Shown: positions 20,282 through 30,997, counted from the stretch's first letter. The stretch is 64,000 bases of DNA from Candidatus Iainarchaeum sp. (GCA_043808155.1 JAZDFD010000001.1:30122-94121); one strand, 5' to 3'. Program-made: numbers and translations. The notes: generated by a model from the letters alone, not told the origin.

Positions 20282-20383
20282 AGAATCTCACCTCACAATA
20301 GAATATAATCTTTAAAGAGGGAGGTTTTAAAAGTTAACTAATCGTGATTTTTGGCTTATTTTGCCTAATAATACTCCTTCCCT

Positions 20384-21412
20384 CTAACGCCATTGTACCG
20401 GCAGTTTAGGCGGGTTTTTCAGGAGTTCCACGAGAACTTCAATTGCATCCTCAATATCCTGAGTATGTGCAATACTTATTGTTGAATGGAGGTTTCTTAT
20501 TGCTACACTTAGAGTTGCAGTTGGCACTCCTCCGCGTGTCATTGAAATATTCATTGCGTCTGTTGTTCCGAAATTACTTACTTCTAGCTGAAGAGGGATA
20601 TCTCTTTTCTTTGCTGCTGCTTTTAACATTTCAACAACTTTTTTATTTGAAATCATTCGTTCATCTTTTATTGAAATACATGGTCCTTTTCCAATTTCTT
20701 TTGTTATGTAATCTGCACTTGAACAGTCATTTGCATTTGTTGCATCAACTGCGACTGCCCAGTTGGGATTTATTTCATATGCAGAAGCTTTAGCTCCAAA
20801 AAGCCCCACTTCTTCCTGTGCAGTAAAAACATAATATACTTCATTCTTAACTTTTTTAACGCGCTTTGCCAATTCAATAAGAACGTAACATCCAATTCTG
20901 TCATCAAGTGCTTTTCCGCAGATTATATTTTGGTTCCCCAAATAGGATGGTTTTTCATCAGGAGACATGTAATTTCCTGGTTCAATACCTAATTTTATAA
21001 GCTGTGTCTGAGTAAGTCCTGTGTCAACAAACAAATCACTTATAATTGGAAGATTCTCAATTTCATGGCTGTCGTTTAATTCCTTGGTTGTGATTACTCC
21101 CAAAATTGTTCCTTTGTTTGTAGGGATTCTGACTTTTTGGCCGACTAAAAGCAGAGGTTCTATTCCTCCGACAGTTGAAAATCTCATTTTCCCGTTTTTC
21201 ATTATGTCTTTTACCATTAAACCTATTTCATCCATGTGTGCTGCAAGCATTATTCTGGGTTTTGTTCCTCTCTGTTTTGCAACAAGATTACCTAGTTTGT
21301 CAATTTTTACTTCATCAACATATTTTTTTATTTCTTTTTCAATTATTGTGCGTACTTCATCTTCATCCCCACTTACACCGTGAGCATCCATTAATTTCAT
21401 CAAAAGTTCCAT
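20384..21412 (-). CDS. M42 family (TET) aminopeptidase
   Basis: AAHMDEIG, KALDDRIG and QEEVGL motifs. Confidence 0.93.
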   Translation of the reverse strand: MELLMKLMDAHGVSGDEDEVRTIIEKEIKKYVDEVKIDKLGNLVAKQRGTKPRIMLAAHMDEIGLMVKDIMKNGKMRFSTVGGIEPLLLVGQKVRIPTNKGTILGVITTKELNDSHEIENLPIISDLFVDTGLTQTQLIKLGIEPGNYMSPDEKPSYLGNQNIICGKALDDRIGCYVLIELAKRVKKVKNEVYYVFTAQEEVGLFGAKASAYEINPNWAVAVDATNANDCSSADYITKEIGKGPCISIKDERMISNKKVVEMLKAAAKKRDIPLQLEVSNFGTTDAMNISMTRGGVPTATLSVAIRNLHSTISIAHTQDIEDAIEVLVELLKNPPKLPVQWR

Positions 21413-21452
21413 TTTATCACCCGATTCAAAATAATATGTGTTTCTCCTTTAT

Positions 21453-22745
21453 TTAGTTTTTGGAAAGGAGGGATTTTTCAAAGATTTTCAAACCTCTATC
21501 CGCCTGTTCTTTTGTGATTATCAAGGGCGGGGCAAATCTTATTACGCTTTCACCCGCTGGAAGAAGCAAAAGACCGTTGTCATATGCCCTGCACAGAATT
21601 CTGCTTCTTTCTTCTTTGTCTGTTTTTTTGCTTTTTTTGTCTTTTACAATCTCCACTCCGATCATTAATCCTAATCCGCGTACATCTCCAATACACTCGT
21701 GTTCTTCTTTCAGTTCATTTAATTCTTTAATCATATATTTTCCTATTTTTTCAGCATTCTTTCCGAGTTTTTTCTTCGTCATGTAATTTAGTGTTGCAAG
21801 TCCACCTGCGCATGCAAGAAGGTTTCCTCCGAATGTGTTTGCATGTGAGCCTGGTTTCCAGTTCATTACTTTTCTGTTTGCAATTGTAACTCCTAAAGGT
21901 ACGCCCCCGCCAACTGCTTTGCTCAAAGCAACTATGTCTGCAGTTACATTGAAATGTTCCATTGCTAAAAATTTTCCTGTTCTGAAAGCTCCGCTTTGCA
22001 CTTCGTCGGAGCATAAAAGTGTGTTATATTCATTGCAAAGTTTTCTCAGTCCCTGAATGAATTTCTTTGGAGGTACAATATACCCTCCTTCCCCCTGCAC
22101 TGGCTCAACAAAAACTGAAGCAAGATTATTTTTCACTGAACGCATTTTCTTTTCCATTGCTTCCAAACATTCATATGAACAATCACCAAAAGCTTTTCCA
22201 AATTTACATCTGTAACAGTATGCAAAAGGGGTATGCTTAACAGGAAGAAATGGCGCAAATCTTTCTCTCTGCACTTTTTGTGAATTTGTCATTGACAATG
22301 AACCCATAGTTCTACCATGAAATGCTTTTTCAAATGCAATTGTCCATTTTTTATTTGTGTGCCATCTTGCACATTTGTAAGCTGCTTCAACCGCTTCAGT
22401 TCCTGAATTGGACAGAAAACCTGTGTTGTATTTTTTTGAAGTTAGTGTAAAAAGAGTTTCAAGAAATGTCACTGGAAGTTCAGCATAAAAATCTGCGAAT
22501 CCTACGTGCATTCCCTTTGTGATTTGTTTTTTCACTGCACTAAGCACTTCGGGATTTGCATGCCCAACATTTGAAACAGCAATGCTTGCACAAAAATCTA
22601 AATATTTGTTATTATCCGCATCCCAGATATACATGCCTTTTGCATGGTCAAAAACCATTTCGTATTCACGCGTAAGGGAGGGGCTTGTAACTTTCTTATC
22701 ACGTGCCCTTATTTGCTTTGATTTTGCATTTCTCTTCGATTTCAT
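21453..22745 (-). CDS. Class III PLP aminotransferase (ornithine/acetylornithine aminotransferase family)
   Basis: NSGTEAVE, FHGRT, EPVQGEGG, DEVQSG and TFGGN motifs. Confidence 0.9.
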   Translation of the reverse strand: MKSKRNAKSKQIRARDKKVTSPSLTREYEMVFDHAKGMYIWDADNNKYLDFCASIAVSNVGHANPEVLSAVKKQITKGMHVGFADFYAELPVTFLETLFTLTSKKYNTGFLSNSGTEAVEAAYKCARWHTNKKWTIAFEKAFHGRTMGSLSMTNSQKVQRERFAPFLPVKHTPFAYCYRCKFGKAFGDCSYECLEAMEKKMRSVKNNLASVFVEPVQGEGGYIVPPKKFIQGLRKLCNEYNTLLCSDEVQSGAFRTGKFLAMEHFNVTADIVALSKAVGGGVPLGVTIANRKVMNWKPGSHANTFGGNLLACAGGLATLNYMTKKKLGKNAEKIGKYMIKELNELKEEHECIGDVRGLGLMIGVEIVKDKKSKKTDKEERSRILCRAYDNGLLLLPAGESVIRFAPPLIITKEQADRGLKIFEKSLLSKN

Positions 22746-22770
22746 CGCAAGTATTAGGTATTTGAGTTAT

Positions 22771-23271
22771 TTATTTCTTTCCGTATTTATTTTTTGAGTT
22801 AATTCCTGATTTCATTCTAACAATATTTGTTGTTTCATCAAACTCTAAAAGAATTGGGCATTTACCTAAAATATCTGGAACACTATGGCGAATATTCTGC
22901 CACTGTTCAGTGCCTCTTCCAGCAATTTCAATAATTAAAGAATCTGCTTTTTTTACTAATTTATTAGTGCGTTCTTGCAATTCACTAATAAATTTGCGCG
23001 TACTTAACTGACGTTTTATATCACTTGGGTGATAATGAGAGTGTAACTGTTTTGTGGCATAGATTGAGCCATACAACAAATTGTTGAATATTTGAGTATG
23101 TAAATCAGATGGCGAATATAAATATTTATTTTGGAACGCATTAACAGTTACATGCCGATGTATGTCTTGTGCTGTGGCGCCTTCCTTCTCTAAAACCGGA
23201 TGTCTAATACAGGCATCAATGATTTTAGTATGATCAAATGGTTTACGTTGTACGGGTTTTTTTACAGGCAT
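22771..23271 (-). CDS. Hypothetical protein with basic/Pro-rich N-terminus
   Basis: Open frame of ~166 aa; no recognisable motif. Confidence 0.5.
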   Translation of the reverse strand: MPVKKPVQRKPFDHTKIIDACIRHPVLEKEGATAQDIHRHVTVNAFQNKYLYSPSDLHTQIFNNLLYGSIYATKQLHSHYHPSDIKRQLSTRKFISELQERTNKLVKKADSLIIEIAGRGTEQWQNIRHSVPDILGKCPILLEFDETTNIVRMKSGINSKNKYGKK

Positions 23272-23351
23272 TATAGGATAAAGATGCATCTTATTTTTAT
23301 GCCTTTTCTAAATAACCAATGAGATTATATATTTGATGAATTTAAATTATA

Positions 23352-23861
23352 ATGATGAAAATGCTTAAAGAATTCAAAAACAAAAAACCGAAAATACACG
23401 CAAGTGCTTTTGTTGCAGAAAATGCTTCAGTTATTGGAAATGTTGAAATTTCCGAAAATTCAAGCATATGGTTTGGCGCAGTTGTTCGGGGGGATTTAAA
23501 TTCCATTAAAATTGGTGCCAGAACTAATGTTCAGGACAATGCTGTTCTTCACGTGAGTGAACAAAACTCTCTCGAAATTGGTGACGATGTTACAATCGGT
23601 CATTCTGCAATTGTGCACGGCTGTAAAATTGGAAATAATTGTCTTATTGGAATGGGTGCAGTAATTTTAAGCGGCGCAGTGATTGGAGACAATTGTGTTG
23701 TTGGTGCTGGTTCTGTTGTTACTGAAAACTATGAAGTTCCTTCAGGAAGCGTTGTTTTGGGTGTACCCGGAAAAGTAAAAAGAAAGATTTCTGAAGTGAT
23801 GCTTGACGACATTAAAAGAAATGTTTCTGAGTATGTTGAATTAAAAGAAAAATATAAATGA
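23352..23861 (+). CDS. Gamma carbonic anhydrase family (hexapeptide repeat) protein
   Basis: RGD, TNVQD and GH.AIVHGC motifs. Confidence 0.92.
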   Translation: MMKMLKEFKNKKPKIHASAFVAENASVIGNVEISENSSIWFGAVVRGDLNSIKIGARTNVQDNAVLHVSEQNSLEIGDDVTIGHSAIVHGCKIGNNCLIGMGAVILSGAVIGDNCVVGAGSVVTENYEVPSGSVVLGVPGKVKRKISEVMLDDIKRNVSEYVELKEKYK

Positions 23862-23923
23862 ACAAAGGAAATTAAAAGAAAAAGAAGAATCAGAAAATGA
23901 AAAAAGAAAACATTATAAAAGAA

Positions 23924-25165
23924 TCAGAGCTGCATTTTTTCTTTTACTGCTTCAGCAACTCTTCCTATTGCTAAAATGTATGCTGCCTGTCTTGTGGTAC
24001 ATCGGTATTTTTCTCTTATCTTAAAAATGTCTTCGAATGATTTTTCCATAATTTCCTTAAGTTTTGAATTTACTTCTTTCAGTTCCCAATATTTGTCGTC
24101 CATATTTTGTTTCCATTCGAAATAAGAGACAGTAACTCCGCCTGCGTTTGTTAAAATGTCTGGAACTATGAGAACATTCTTTTTTCTGAGGATTTTATCT
24201 GCGTCAGGAGTTGTTGGTCCGTTTGCAAGTTCCATAATCAGCTTTGCTTTTATGTTATTTGCATTTTCTTTTGTGATTTGGTTTTCGAGTGCTGCAGGAA
24301 CTAAAATATCAACATCTAACTCCAAAAGTTCGGAGTTTGAAATGTCTTTGCAACCTGCAAATCCTTTTACTGAACCGGTTTTTGTTTTATGTTCAAAAAC
24401 TTTTGTTGGCTCTAAACCTTTTTCACAGTAAATCCCGCCTTTGGAATCAGAAACTGCAACAACTTGAAAACCCATTTCAGTAATTAATTCTGCAAAAACA
24501 TGTCCTGCATTTCCATAACCCTGAATTGCAACTGTCTTTCTTTTTGAATTAACTTTTGAAACTGCTGCATCAAGAATGAATGCGGCTCCTTGTGCTGTTG
24601 CCTTGTCTCTTCCTTTGGAACCACCCTGTTCAACAGGTTTTCCGGTAATTACGCCTAGTGATTTTGGATCGTGAGTTATTTTTTCGTATTCATCACGCAT
24701 CCAGTTCATTATTTTTGCATTTGTGTAAACATCTGGTGCAGGAACATCTTTCATCGGACCCACGATGTCTGCAACTTTTCGCATGTATTCTCTGCTTAAG
24801 TTTTCTAATTCAGTTTCAGAAAGTTCTTTAGGATTTACAATTACTCCGCCTTTTCCCCCGCCCAATGGAAGGTCTGTTACTGCGCATTTGAAAGTCATCC
24901 ACATTGAAAGTGCCTTAACTTCATCAAGTGAAACATTCGGGTGATATCTTATTCCGCCTTTAGCTGGGCCTCTTGCATGCGAATGCTGACAGCGGAAACC
25001 TTTGAAGATTTTTATTTCACCAGTGTCCATCTTCACAGGCAAATAAACTGTAAGAACTCTTTCAGGTTCTCTGAGAATTTTTGCAATGTTTGAATCAAGC
25101 TTCATTAATTCAGCTGCTTCATCAAACTGCTTCTGTGCGCTTTCAAAAGGATTTACATTAGACAT
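23924..25165 (-). CDS. gdhA: Glutamate dehydrogenase
   Basis: KGGIRYHP, GGGKGG, DVPAPD, GYGNAG and NAGGV.VSYFEW motifs. Confidence 0.95.
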   Translation of the reverse strand: MSNVNPFESAQKQFDEAAELMKLDSNIAKILREPERVLTVYLPVKMDTGEIKIFKGFRCQHSHARGPAKGGIRYHPNVSLDEVKALSMWMTFKCAVTDLPLGGGKGGVIVNPKELSETELENLSREYMRKVADIVGPMKDVPAPDVYTNAKIMNWMRDEYEKITHDPKSLGVITGKPVEQGGSKGRDKATAQGAAFILDAAVSKVNSKRKTVAIQGYGNAGHVFAELITEMGFQVVAVSDSKGGIYCEKGLEPTKVFEHKTKTGSVKGFAGCKDISNSELLELDVDILVPAALENQITKENANNIKAKLIMELANGPTTPDADKILRKKNVLIVPDILTNAGGVTVSYFEWKQNMDDKYWELKEVNSKLKEIMEKSFEDIFKIREKYRCTTRQAAYILAIGRVAEAVKEKMQL

Positions 25166-25317
25166 TTAATCACTCCTCACAATTACTGCAACTTTTTGCA
25201 GGTCACCAATTATTATGGAATACATGCAGAGGAATAAATAGGTTTCGTTTGTGTTAAGATGATATACATAATTAATGAATCAGAATAATAAAATAAAGAA
25301 TTAGAAATGAAGATTAT

Positions 25318-25512
25318 TTACTCTTCAGTTACCATAATGCATGAAACAGGACAACTGCTTTCTGCTTCTTTGTTGCAACCAACATCATCTAATTTTGTCT
25401 TTTTGGGAGCAGATTTACCATCGCTTTTTATTTCCCAATTTTCTTCACAAACTGCTGCGCATGCACCGCAACCAATGCAGGCATCTCTGTCGTGTTTTAT
25501 AATAAAAGCCAA
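25318..25512 (-). CDS. Single-cluster ferredoxin
   Basis: CIGCGAC...CP pattern. Confidence 0.85.
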   Translation of the reverse strand: MAFIIKHDRDACIGCGACAAVCEENWEIKSDGKSAPKKTKLDDVGCNKEAESSCPVSCIMVTEE

Positions 25513-25553
25513 TATTACACCTCGTGAAAATATATTTTAATTCACTTAAAAAA

Positions 25554-25787
25554 TTATAATCCAAGAGCTTCATCAATTGCGTCTCTGTTAAAACCAACAA
25601 TTATTTTGCCATCAATGTCTAAAACTGGTACTCCGCTTTGTCCTGACTTTGACATCATTTCCTTTGCTTTTTCGTGGTCCTGTGAAACATCAATATCTTC
25701 GAATTCCACACCTTTTTCTTTCAGATAGTCCTTTACCATATGACAGTAGGGACAGGTTTGTGTTGAATAAACAATTACATTTGCCAT
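25554..25787 (-). CDS. Glutaredoxin-like (YruB/NrdH-redoxin)
   Basis: CPYC, GVPV and IVGF motifs. Confidence 0.9.
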   Translation of the reverse strand: MANVIVYSTQTCPYCHMVKDYLKEKGVEFEDIDVSQDHEKAKEMMSKSGQSGVPVLDIDGKIIVGFNRDAIDEALGL

Positions 25788-25864
25788 TTGCATACCCCCC
25801 TATACTGTCTATTTTGGGGAAGTGTTAAAAAGGTTTTGCGAAAATGAATTAATAGTGATTTTTT

Positions 25865-26620
25865 ATGAGTAATAAGAAGAAGAAAACCAAAGAAAATAAT
25901 GATAGTATCTCTGAAGAAATAAAAGAAACAGAATTGCGGGAAGCATCTGAAGACATTTCAGAAGTATATCAGAAAAAATCTGAAGATGACGCCTCAAAAG
26001 AAAATAAAGCAACTGAAACAGACGAAACACAAGTAGCAGAAAAAGAAACAACTGAAATTCCAAAAAGCAGAATTTCACAGAAAACAATTATGGCTCTTGG
26101 AGTTGTAGTTATTTTTGCAGTTGTCGGAATAATTTTTTTCTTTTCAATTGAATTACCGCCAACAGGTCAGATTGTAATGACTGGTCTTGACAATGTGGAT
26201 GCCGGAGAAATAACAACTTTTTCAGCATATGAAATGGACACATGCACTGATAACGGAAAACCAACTGTGATTCAGTTTTCAATTTCAACTTGCCCACATT
26301 GTGTATGGGCAGAAGATGCATTCAAGGCGGCAGTAAAACCATATGTTGCAGAAGGAAAAATCTCAGCTTATCTTTGGAATTTAGATACTGGTGACAATCT
26401 CTTAACAGAAATAATTGAAACCAAAGATGAAATTCCAAGAAAACATCTGCAGATTTTCTCACACTTTGATACTCAGCAACAGGTTCCGTTCTTTGTAATT
26501 GGCTGCAGATATTACAGATTGGGAACAGCCTATGAAATAGAAAACAACAAAGAAAAAGAAGTTGCAGAGATGAAAGCAGTTATTGAACAAATGTTAAAAG
26601 AGTTTGAAGAAGGGAAATAA
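25865..26620 (+). CDS. Membrane-anchored thioredoxin-fold protein
   Basis: Acidic N-tail, one TM helix, CPHC and cis-Pro 'VPFF'. Confidence 0.75.
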   Translation: MSNKKKKTKENNDSISEEIKETELREASEDISEVYQKKSEDDASKENKATETDETQVAEKETTEIPKSRISQKTIMALGVVVIFAVVGIIFFFSIELPPTGQIVMTGLDNVDAGEITTFSAYEMDTCTDNGKPTVIQFSISTCPHCVWAEDAFKAAVKPYVAEGKISAYLWNLDTGDNLLTEIIETKDEIPRKHLQIFSHFDTQQQVPFFVIGCRYYRLGTAYEIENNKEKEVAEMKAVIEQMLKEFEEGK

Positions 26621-26699
26621 ACTTCTTCTAATTTCTATTTTTTATAATTCTGTTTTTGTCTGTTATTTTTATTATCCTGTTTTGACCTGTTATTTTTTA

Positions 26700-27056
26700 T
26701 TATCCTATTTTTATCAGTTCGCAATTTTCATCTAATTCTATAAAATATTCTGCGTTGTTTTCTCTGAATGCTGAACATTGATTTTCCGGAAGATTATCAA
26801 TTTCTGTTCGCGGGTTGTGTGCAATGTCACATACGTAATTTGGCATCTCCTGAATAGGATTTCCAATGCATGGACCGGCGCTTAAATCTCCGCCATCTGA
26901 AATTTTAAGTTCACACAAATCCCTGCACATTTTTACTGCAGCATCCTGTGTTGAAAGTTTTTCCACTGTAGGATAATTGAAAAAATCAGTAAACAGCAAC
27001 AGTGAAAATAAAATAAGCACAGCAGCAATAATGAGAACAATTATCGATTTTTTCAT
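26700..27056 (-). CDS. Exported Cys-rich hypothetical protein
   Basis: N-terminal signal/TM; several Cys; 'GPCI' and 'CDIAH.PR'. Confidence 0.65.
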   Translation of the reverse strand: MKKSIIVLIIAAVLILFSLLLFTDFFNYPTVEKLSTQDAAVKMCRDLCELKISDGGDLSAGPCIGNPIQEMPNYVCDIAHNPRTEIDNLPENQCSAFRENNAEYFIELDENCELIKIG

Positions 27057-27131
27057 ACTACAAATAGAGCCGAAAACAATAAAAAAAGAAAAAGAGAAAA
27101 TCCCTTTCGGGATTTTAACCACAGATTTTAA

Positions 27132-28208
27132 TTAACCGCAAGTTGCGTCTGTTCCTGTGCCTTCTTCATATCCAAAGCCAGCGGATGGCGATACAGAAGA
27201 TAATTCAAGAGTGCATTCTTCTGGCTGTTCATTGAATGCTCCGCAGATTGTTTGCAGTAAACTTGCAGAAGTTCTTGCACTGTTTACAGTTGTTCCATTA
27301 ACAACTAAAGTCGGGCTTCCACCAACACCATACTCGGTATTCTTTTCTGCATCAATTCCAAATAAAGGATATTTTCCGCTCAGGTATTTTGTTGTGTCAA
27401 GATAATTTGCAGTTATTTGGAATTCATTATCTGCGTCTAAAACACATGTTTCCATTGCTGCAGTGTCTATTTCTGCTTCTGCTAAACAGGTGTCAGTCTC
27501 TCCTGCTTTAAGGAAACATTTCAGGTATGGCAAATATTTGTCATTTTGTTCTTCTTCAATACAGTACTGTTTTAATTCTTCCTGCATTTCAGTAAGACCG
27601 TGCATTGTATAGTAGACAAATCTCATTTCGAAATCTATTTTGTCACCAAGTGTTTCCACAACTGGAATTAGTCCTTTTTCCATTTGTGTTCCGTATGGGC
27701 AATGTGACATAACAAATAATTCGACTGTGGGTTTATCAGATTTCTGTAATTCGACTACTGGTTCTGGTTCAGATGCTGGCTGTTCCAAAGCAACAGCAGT
27801 ATCTAAAACACTTCCCAAAAGAATTCTGTCTCCGGTTTCGGTTACATAAACAGTTCCTGGTTGTGTTTGTCCATCCAAAGTTACATCAATAGTTACTGCA
27901 TAAAGACTGTCTCCAGCGGATTCAATATTGGTTACTGTTGCAGTTGCACCATCGGGGATTAAATTTGTATTTACATAATCCAAAACTTTTGTGCTAAGCG
28001 TTCCTGTGTTCATACTTGTATTAACTGTATTATCCCCAATTACAACTTCTGCAGTTGAATGGGGAAACCAAACTGAGCCCATAACAAGCCCTGCTGCAAG
28101 AACTAAAACTGCGCCGATAATTGCAAACTCAAGCTTTATGTGTTTCGGCACTTCAAAGGATGAAGGCTTTTCCGAAACTTTCTTTTCTTTTGTTTCTTTT
28201 TCTGTCAT
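27132..28208 (-). CDS. Membrane-anchored DsbA/GILT-like thioredoxin-fold protein
   Basis: 'VELFVMSHCPYG' and 'YGVGGSPTLVVNG'; N-terminal TM. Confidence 0.75.
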   Translation of the reverse strand: MTEKETKEKKVSEKPSSFEVPKHIKLEFAIIGAVLVLAAGLVMGSVWFPHSTAEVVIGDNTVNTSMNTGTLSTKVLDYVNTNLIPDGATATVTNIESAGDSLYAVTIDVTLDGQTQPGTVYVTETGDRILLGSVLDTAVALEQPASEPEPVVELQKSDKPTVELFVMSHCPYGTQMEKGLIPVVETLGDKIDFEMRFVYYTMHGLTEMQEELKQYCIEEEQNDKYLPYLKCFLKAGETDTCLAEAEIDTAAMETCVLDADNEFQITANYLDTTKYLSGKYPLFGIDAEKNTEYGVGGSPTLVVNGTTVNSARTSASLLQTICGAFNEQPEECTLELSSVSPSAGFGYEEGTGTDATCG

Positions 28209-28241
28209 CGTATACCCTCCTCAATTAAGATGATTATAATT

Positions 28242-28763
28242 TTATAATTTATACACATAATTCTTAAGAGAATTGTTTATAAAATTCCCTGTTGAGTGAT
28301 TTGCTTCACAATTCTGGTCTGTGCATTCACAGGCACCAGTGCAACCCACGCCCTCAACATAATCGCATGTTGTGCCGTCACTGCATATTTCAAGACTGCA
28401 TTGTTCCTCTGTTAAAATATCTTCATAAATGCAGTATTCACTTGAATTTTCTCCGTTGCAGTTTCCGTAAGTTACGTAATTGTAAACACCCCATATTCCA
28501 AAAATTAAACTTAAAATTAAACTCAGAGTTAGTGCCCATGAAATTAATTCAAAGTGTTTGTGCACAAATTTTCCTGCTGCAGGACTTCTTTTAAGCAATC
28601 CTGTTGAGATTTTCATTTTCATTTTTTGATCAAAAGCACTTTCACATTTTCTCAGAGTTACTCTTCTAAAAACGCAGTCAAATGCTTCCTTTGCGAGTTC
28701 TCTGTGGGAAGCTGAAAATATTCCCAAAACTGCAAAAACGAATAATGCAACAAAACAAATCAT
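28242..28763 (-). CDS. Cys-rich membrane protein
   Basis: Two TM helices; C-terminal Cys cluster. Confidence 0.6.
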   Translation of the reverse strand: MICFVALFVFAVLGIFSASHRELAKEAFDCVFRRVTLRKCESAFDQKMKMKISTGLLKRSPAAGKFVHKHFELISWALTLSLILSLIFGIWGVYNYVTYGNCNGENSSEYCIYEDILTEEQCSLEICSDGTTCDYVEGVGCTGACECTDQNCEANHSTGNFINNSLKNYVYKL

Positions 28764-28861
28764 AATATCACTAATTTTTAATTAAGTATTCATTAATTCA
28801 TTAATGAAGCTAATTTAAATCTTACTCATTGATTAGGGGAAATACTGTTTCTTAAAAGAAG

Positions 28862-29344
28862 CTAGTTTTTAGGATTTTGTTCTAGGGTTTTTTGAATTTT
28901 ATTGTGGACTCCCGTCCATTCAACAATAAGTTCATCAATTACCTGTCTTGCTGCTATTGCTCTGTGATCAGCATGCACATTCACAATCACCCCAGACGTG
29001 CTCAGGGGAACTCCGGGAAGAGGAGACATTGGTCGTATGTGCGAAGTTTGATCAAATTCTTTCTTTTTTTCCTCCAGCTGTAAAAGGAGTTTGTCTATTT
29101 GCTCAACGAAATGCTCACCATTTTTTTGTATCATGGGGTCTGCTTCCTTGCAAAAATAAATAAGGTCATCTACAGACACCTTGTTACCTGTCTTTGTAGG
29201 AATAGTTCCAAAATCCTTTCTGATTGTATCTCGTACTTCTGCATGAATTTTTTGAGATTCTGTTAGTCTTAGCGGTCTTTGTCTTTTCGGTTCTGGTGAA
29301 GATTTTCTTTTGAAAGGATTTCTAAATGTGAATCTTTTAAACAT
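28862..29344 (-). CDS. Hypothetical protein with basic N-terminus
   Basis: 160-aa ORF. Confidence 0.5.
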   Translation of the reverse strand: MFKRFTFRNPFKRKSSPEPKRQRPLRLTESQKIHAEVRDTIRKDFGTIPTKTGNKVSVDDLIYFCKEADPMIQKNGEHFVEQIDKLLLQLEEKKKEFDQTSHIRPMSPLPGVPLSTSGVIVNVHADHRAIAARQVIDELIVEWTGVHNKIQKTLEQNPKN

Positions 29345-29413
29345 CTAATTATTTATATGCTACAAAAGATTTTAATCTGAGTTGTGACCTTCAGAAAGTT
29401 TAATATACAAAAA

Positions 29414-30052
29414 ATGCCTAATACTGAGATGCCAGTATTAGATGTTTTTGAATCCCAAAATTTACTTAAAAAATACGGAATTCCTGTTGTTAAAAGTGAT
29501 TTGTGTAAAAATGAAGCTTCTTTGACTTCTGCTTTGAAAACAACTAGATTTCCTTTAGCAATGAAGGTTGTTTCCTCTGCCATATCGCATAAAACAGAGG
29601 CTCAGGGCGTAAAATTAGGGGTTTCCTCAGCCTTAGAAGCTAAAAAAGCCTTTAATCAGCTCAAAAAACTCAGGGGATTTGAGGGCGCTCTGGTTCAGGA
29701 AATGCTTTCTGGTACTGAGATTATTATTGGTGGAAAACGCGACGCTACTTTTGGACCAACTGTGCTCTTTGGTTTGGGCGGTATTTTCGTTGAGGTTATG
29801 AAGGATGTTTCCCTGCGCGTTTGCCCTATTAGTTCCCGTGATGCTGCTGAAATGATTTCTGAAATTAAGGGTTATAAATTACTCACTGGTTTCCGCGGTT
29901 CTGAACCTGTGAAACTTTCTGCAATTAATGATTGTTTACTGAAGACTTCCAAAATGATGCTTCAGGAGGAACAAATCAAAGAACTTGATATTAACCCCTT
30001 ATTTGCTGATTCTAAAGGTGTGAAAGCAGTGGATGCGCGTGTAGTAATTTAA
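29414..30052 (+). CDS. acdB: ADP-forming acetyl/acyl-CoA synthetase beta subunit (ATP-grasp)
   Basis: ISHKT, FGP.VLFGLGGIFVE and ELDINPL..VDAR motifs. Confidence 0.9.
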   Translation: MPNTEMPVLDVFESQNLLKKYGIPVVKSDLCKNEASLTSALKTTRFPLAMKVVSSAISHKTEAQGVKLGVSSALEAKKAFNQLKKLRGFEGALVQEMLSGTEIIIGGKRDATFGPTVLFGLGGIFVEVMKDVSLRVCPISSRDAAEMISEIKGYKLLTGFRGSEPVKLSAINDCLLKTSKMMLQEEQIKELDINPLFADSKGVKAVDARVVI

Positions 30053-30160
30053 TGATTTACGAACATGCAAGAACCATTTATTGTTCTTTTAGAATTTGAA
30101 AAAGTTGGAACCTCAACAAAATTATTTGAAGCTAAATGTTATGCGAATTGATAAAATGTT

Positions 30161-30222
30161 CAGGCAATGATGAGATTAACACCTCTCTGAAATGGCGGAT
30201 GATGTACTCCCCCTTCAGACTG
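30161..30222 (+). ncRNA. Candidate C/D box sRNA
   Basis: C box ATGATGA at 30167, 13-nt guide, D' CTGA, C' ATGATGT, degenerate D box CAGA. Confidence 0.35.
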
Positions 30223-30348
30223 TTATTACTCATACTTTTTTAAACATTTTTGAGTAATAAAACCTACAAGCTAAGTATCATTACTTTTTCACTATAAAAC
30301 ACAAAGCTTAAATAATGCTTAGCACATAAGTATTGTAGTGATTTTATA

Positions 30349-30630
30349 GTGGAGATTTTTTGGACAAAACATGCGCTGGAAAGGTTTATGGAAAGAGCCT
30401 TGCTTTATGGTTTGGAAAGAATAGAAGTTGAGGAAATAATCAAAAAACAACTAGTAAGAATTAGAAAAGGTTTTGACAAAAAGTACAAAAAGGACTGCTT
30501 TGAAACCATTGGGGTGGTTGCGAACAAATTTTTCACTGTCCAAAAAGCGGAAGACAAAAAGAGCATAATTGTGATAACACTGTGGGAATCAAACAAAAAG
30601 GAGGTTGAATTATGGTTATCAAAAAAATAA
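30349..30630 (+). CDS. DUF4258/BrnT-like toxin
   Basis: 'FWTKHALERFMER' and 'IIVITLW'. Confidence 0.75.
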   Translation: MEIFWTKHALERFMERALLYGLERIEVEEIIKKQLVRIRKGFDKKYKKDCFETIGVVANKFFTVQKAEDKKSIIVITLWESNKKEVELWLSKK

Positions 30631-30947
30631 TAAAGTGTCCGGTATGCGAAGGCGAAGCAACTCTTTCAAATGAAAGCATAGAATTATTTAAGGGATTGAT
30701 TAAGTTAAAGAACAACCCAATATACAAATGTAGCTCATGCAAAGAAAAGTTCGCAACAGGGAAAATAGTTGACAAGAGTCTGCAGGAAGCAAGAAAAGAA
30801 TTCAGTTTTGCACGGAAATTGATTTCAACAGGCGGAAGCCTTGCAATAACCATCCCGCCAGACCTGGCAAGATTCTATAAGCTGAAAAAAGGAGAAACCA
30901 TCGATTTGGTGCCTGCAGGAGAACATCTACTGAAAGTAAAACTTTAA
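30612..30947 (+). CDS. YgiT-type zinc finger + AbrB/MazE antitoxin
   Basis: CPVC..CSSC plus 'GGSLAITIPPD..R..KLKKG'. Confidence 0.8.
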   Translation: MVIKKIIKCPVCEGEATLSNESIELFKGLIKLKNNPIYKCSSCKEKFATGKIVDKSLQEARKEFSFARKLISTGGSLAITIPPDLARFYKLKKGETIDLVPAGEHLLKVKL

Positions 30948-30997
30948 GGTTTTCTTTTTAAACTATAAATTTAATCAGTTAACACTATACCTTACAA

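Noticed and set aside
26660-26706. Short imperfect direct repeat CTGTTATTTTT(T)ATTATCCT
   Set aside because: Only two copies in a T-rich convergent terminator region; probably a slippage duplication of the gene end.
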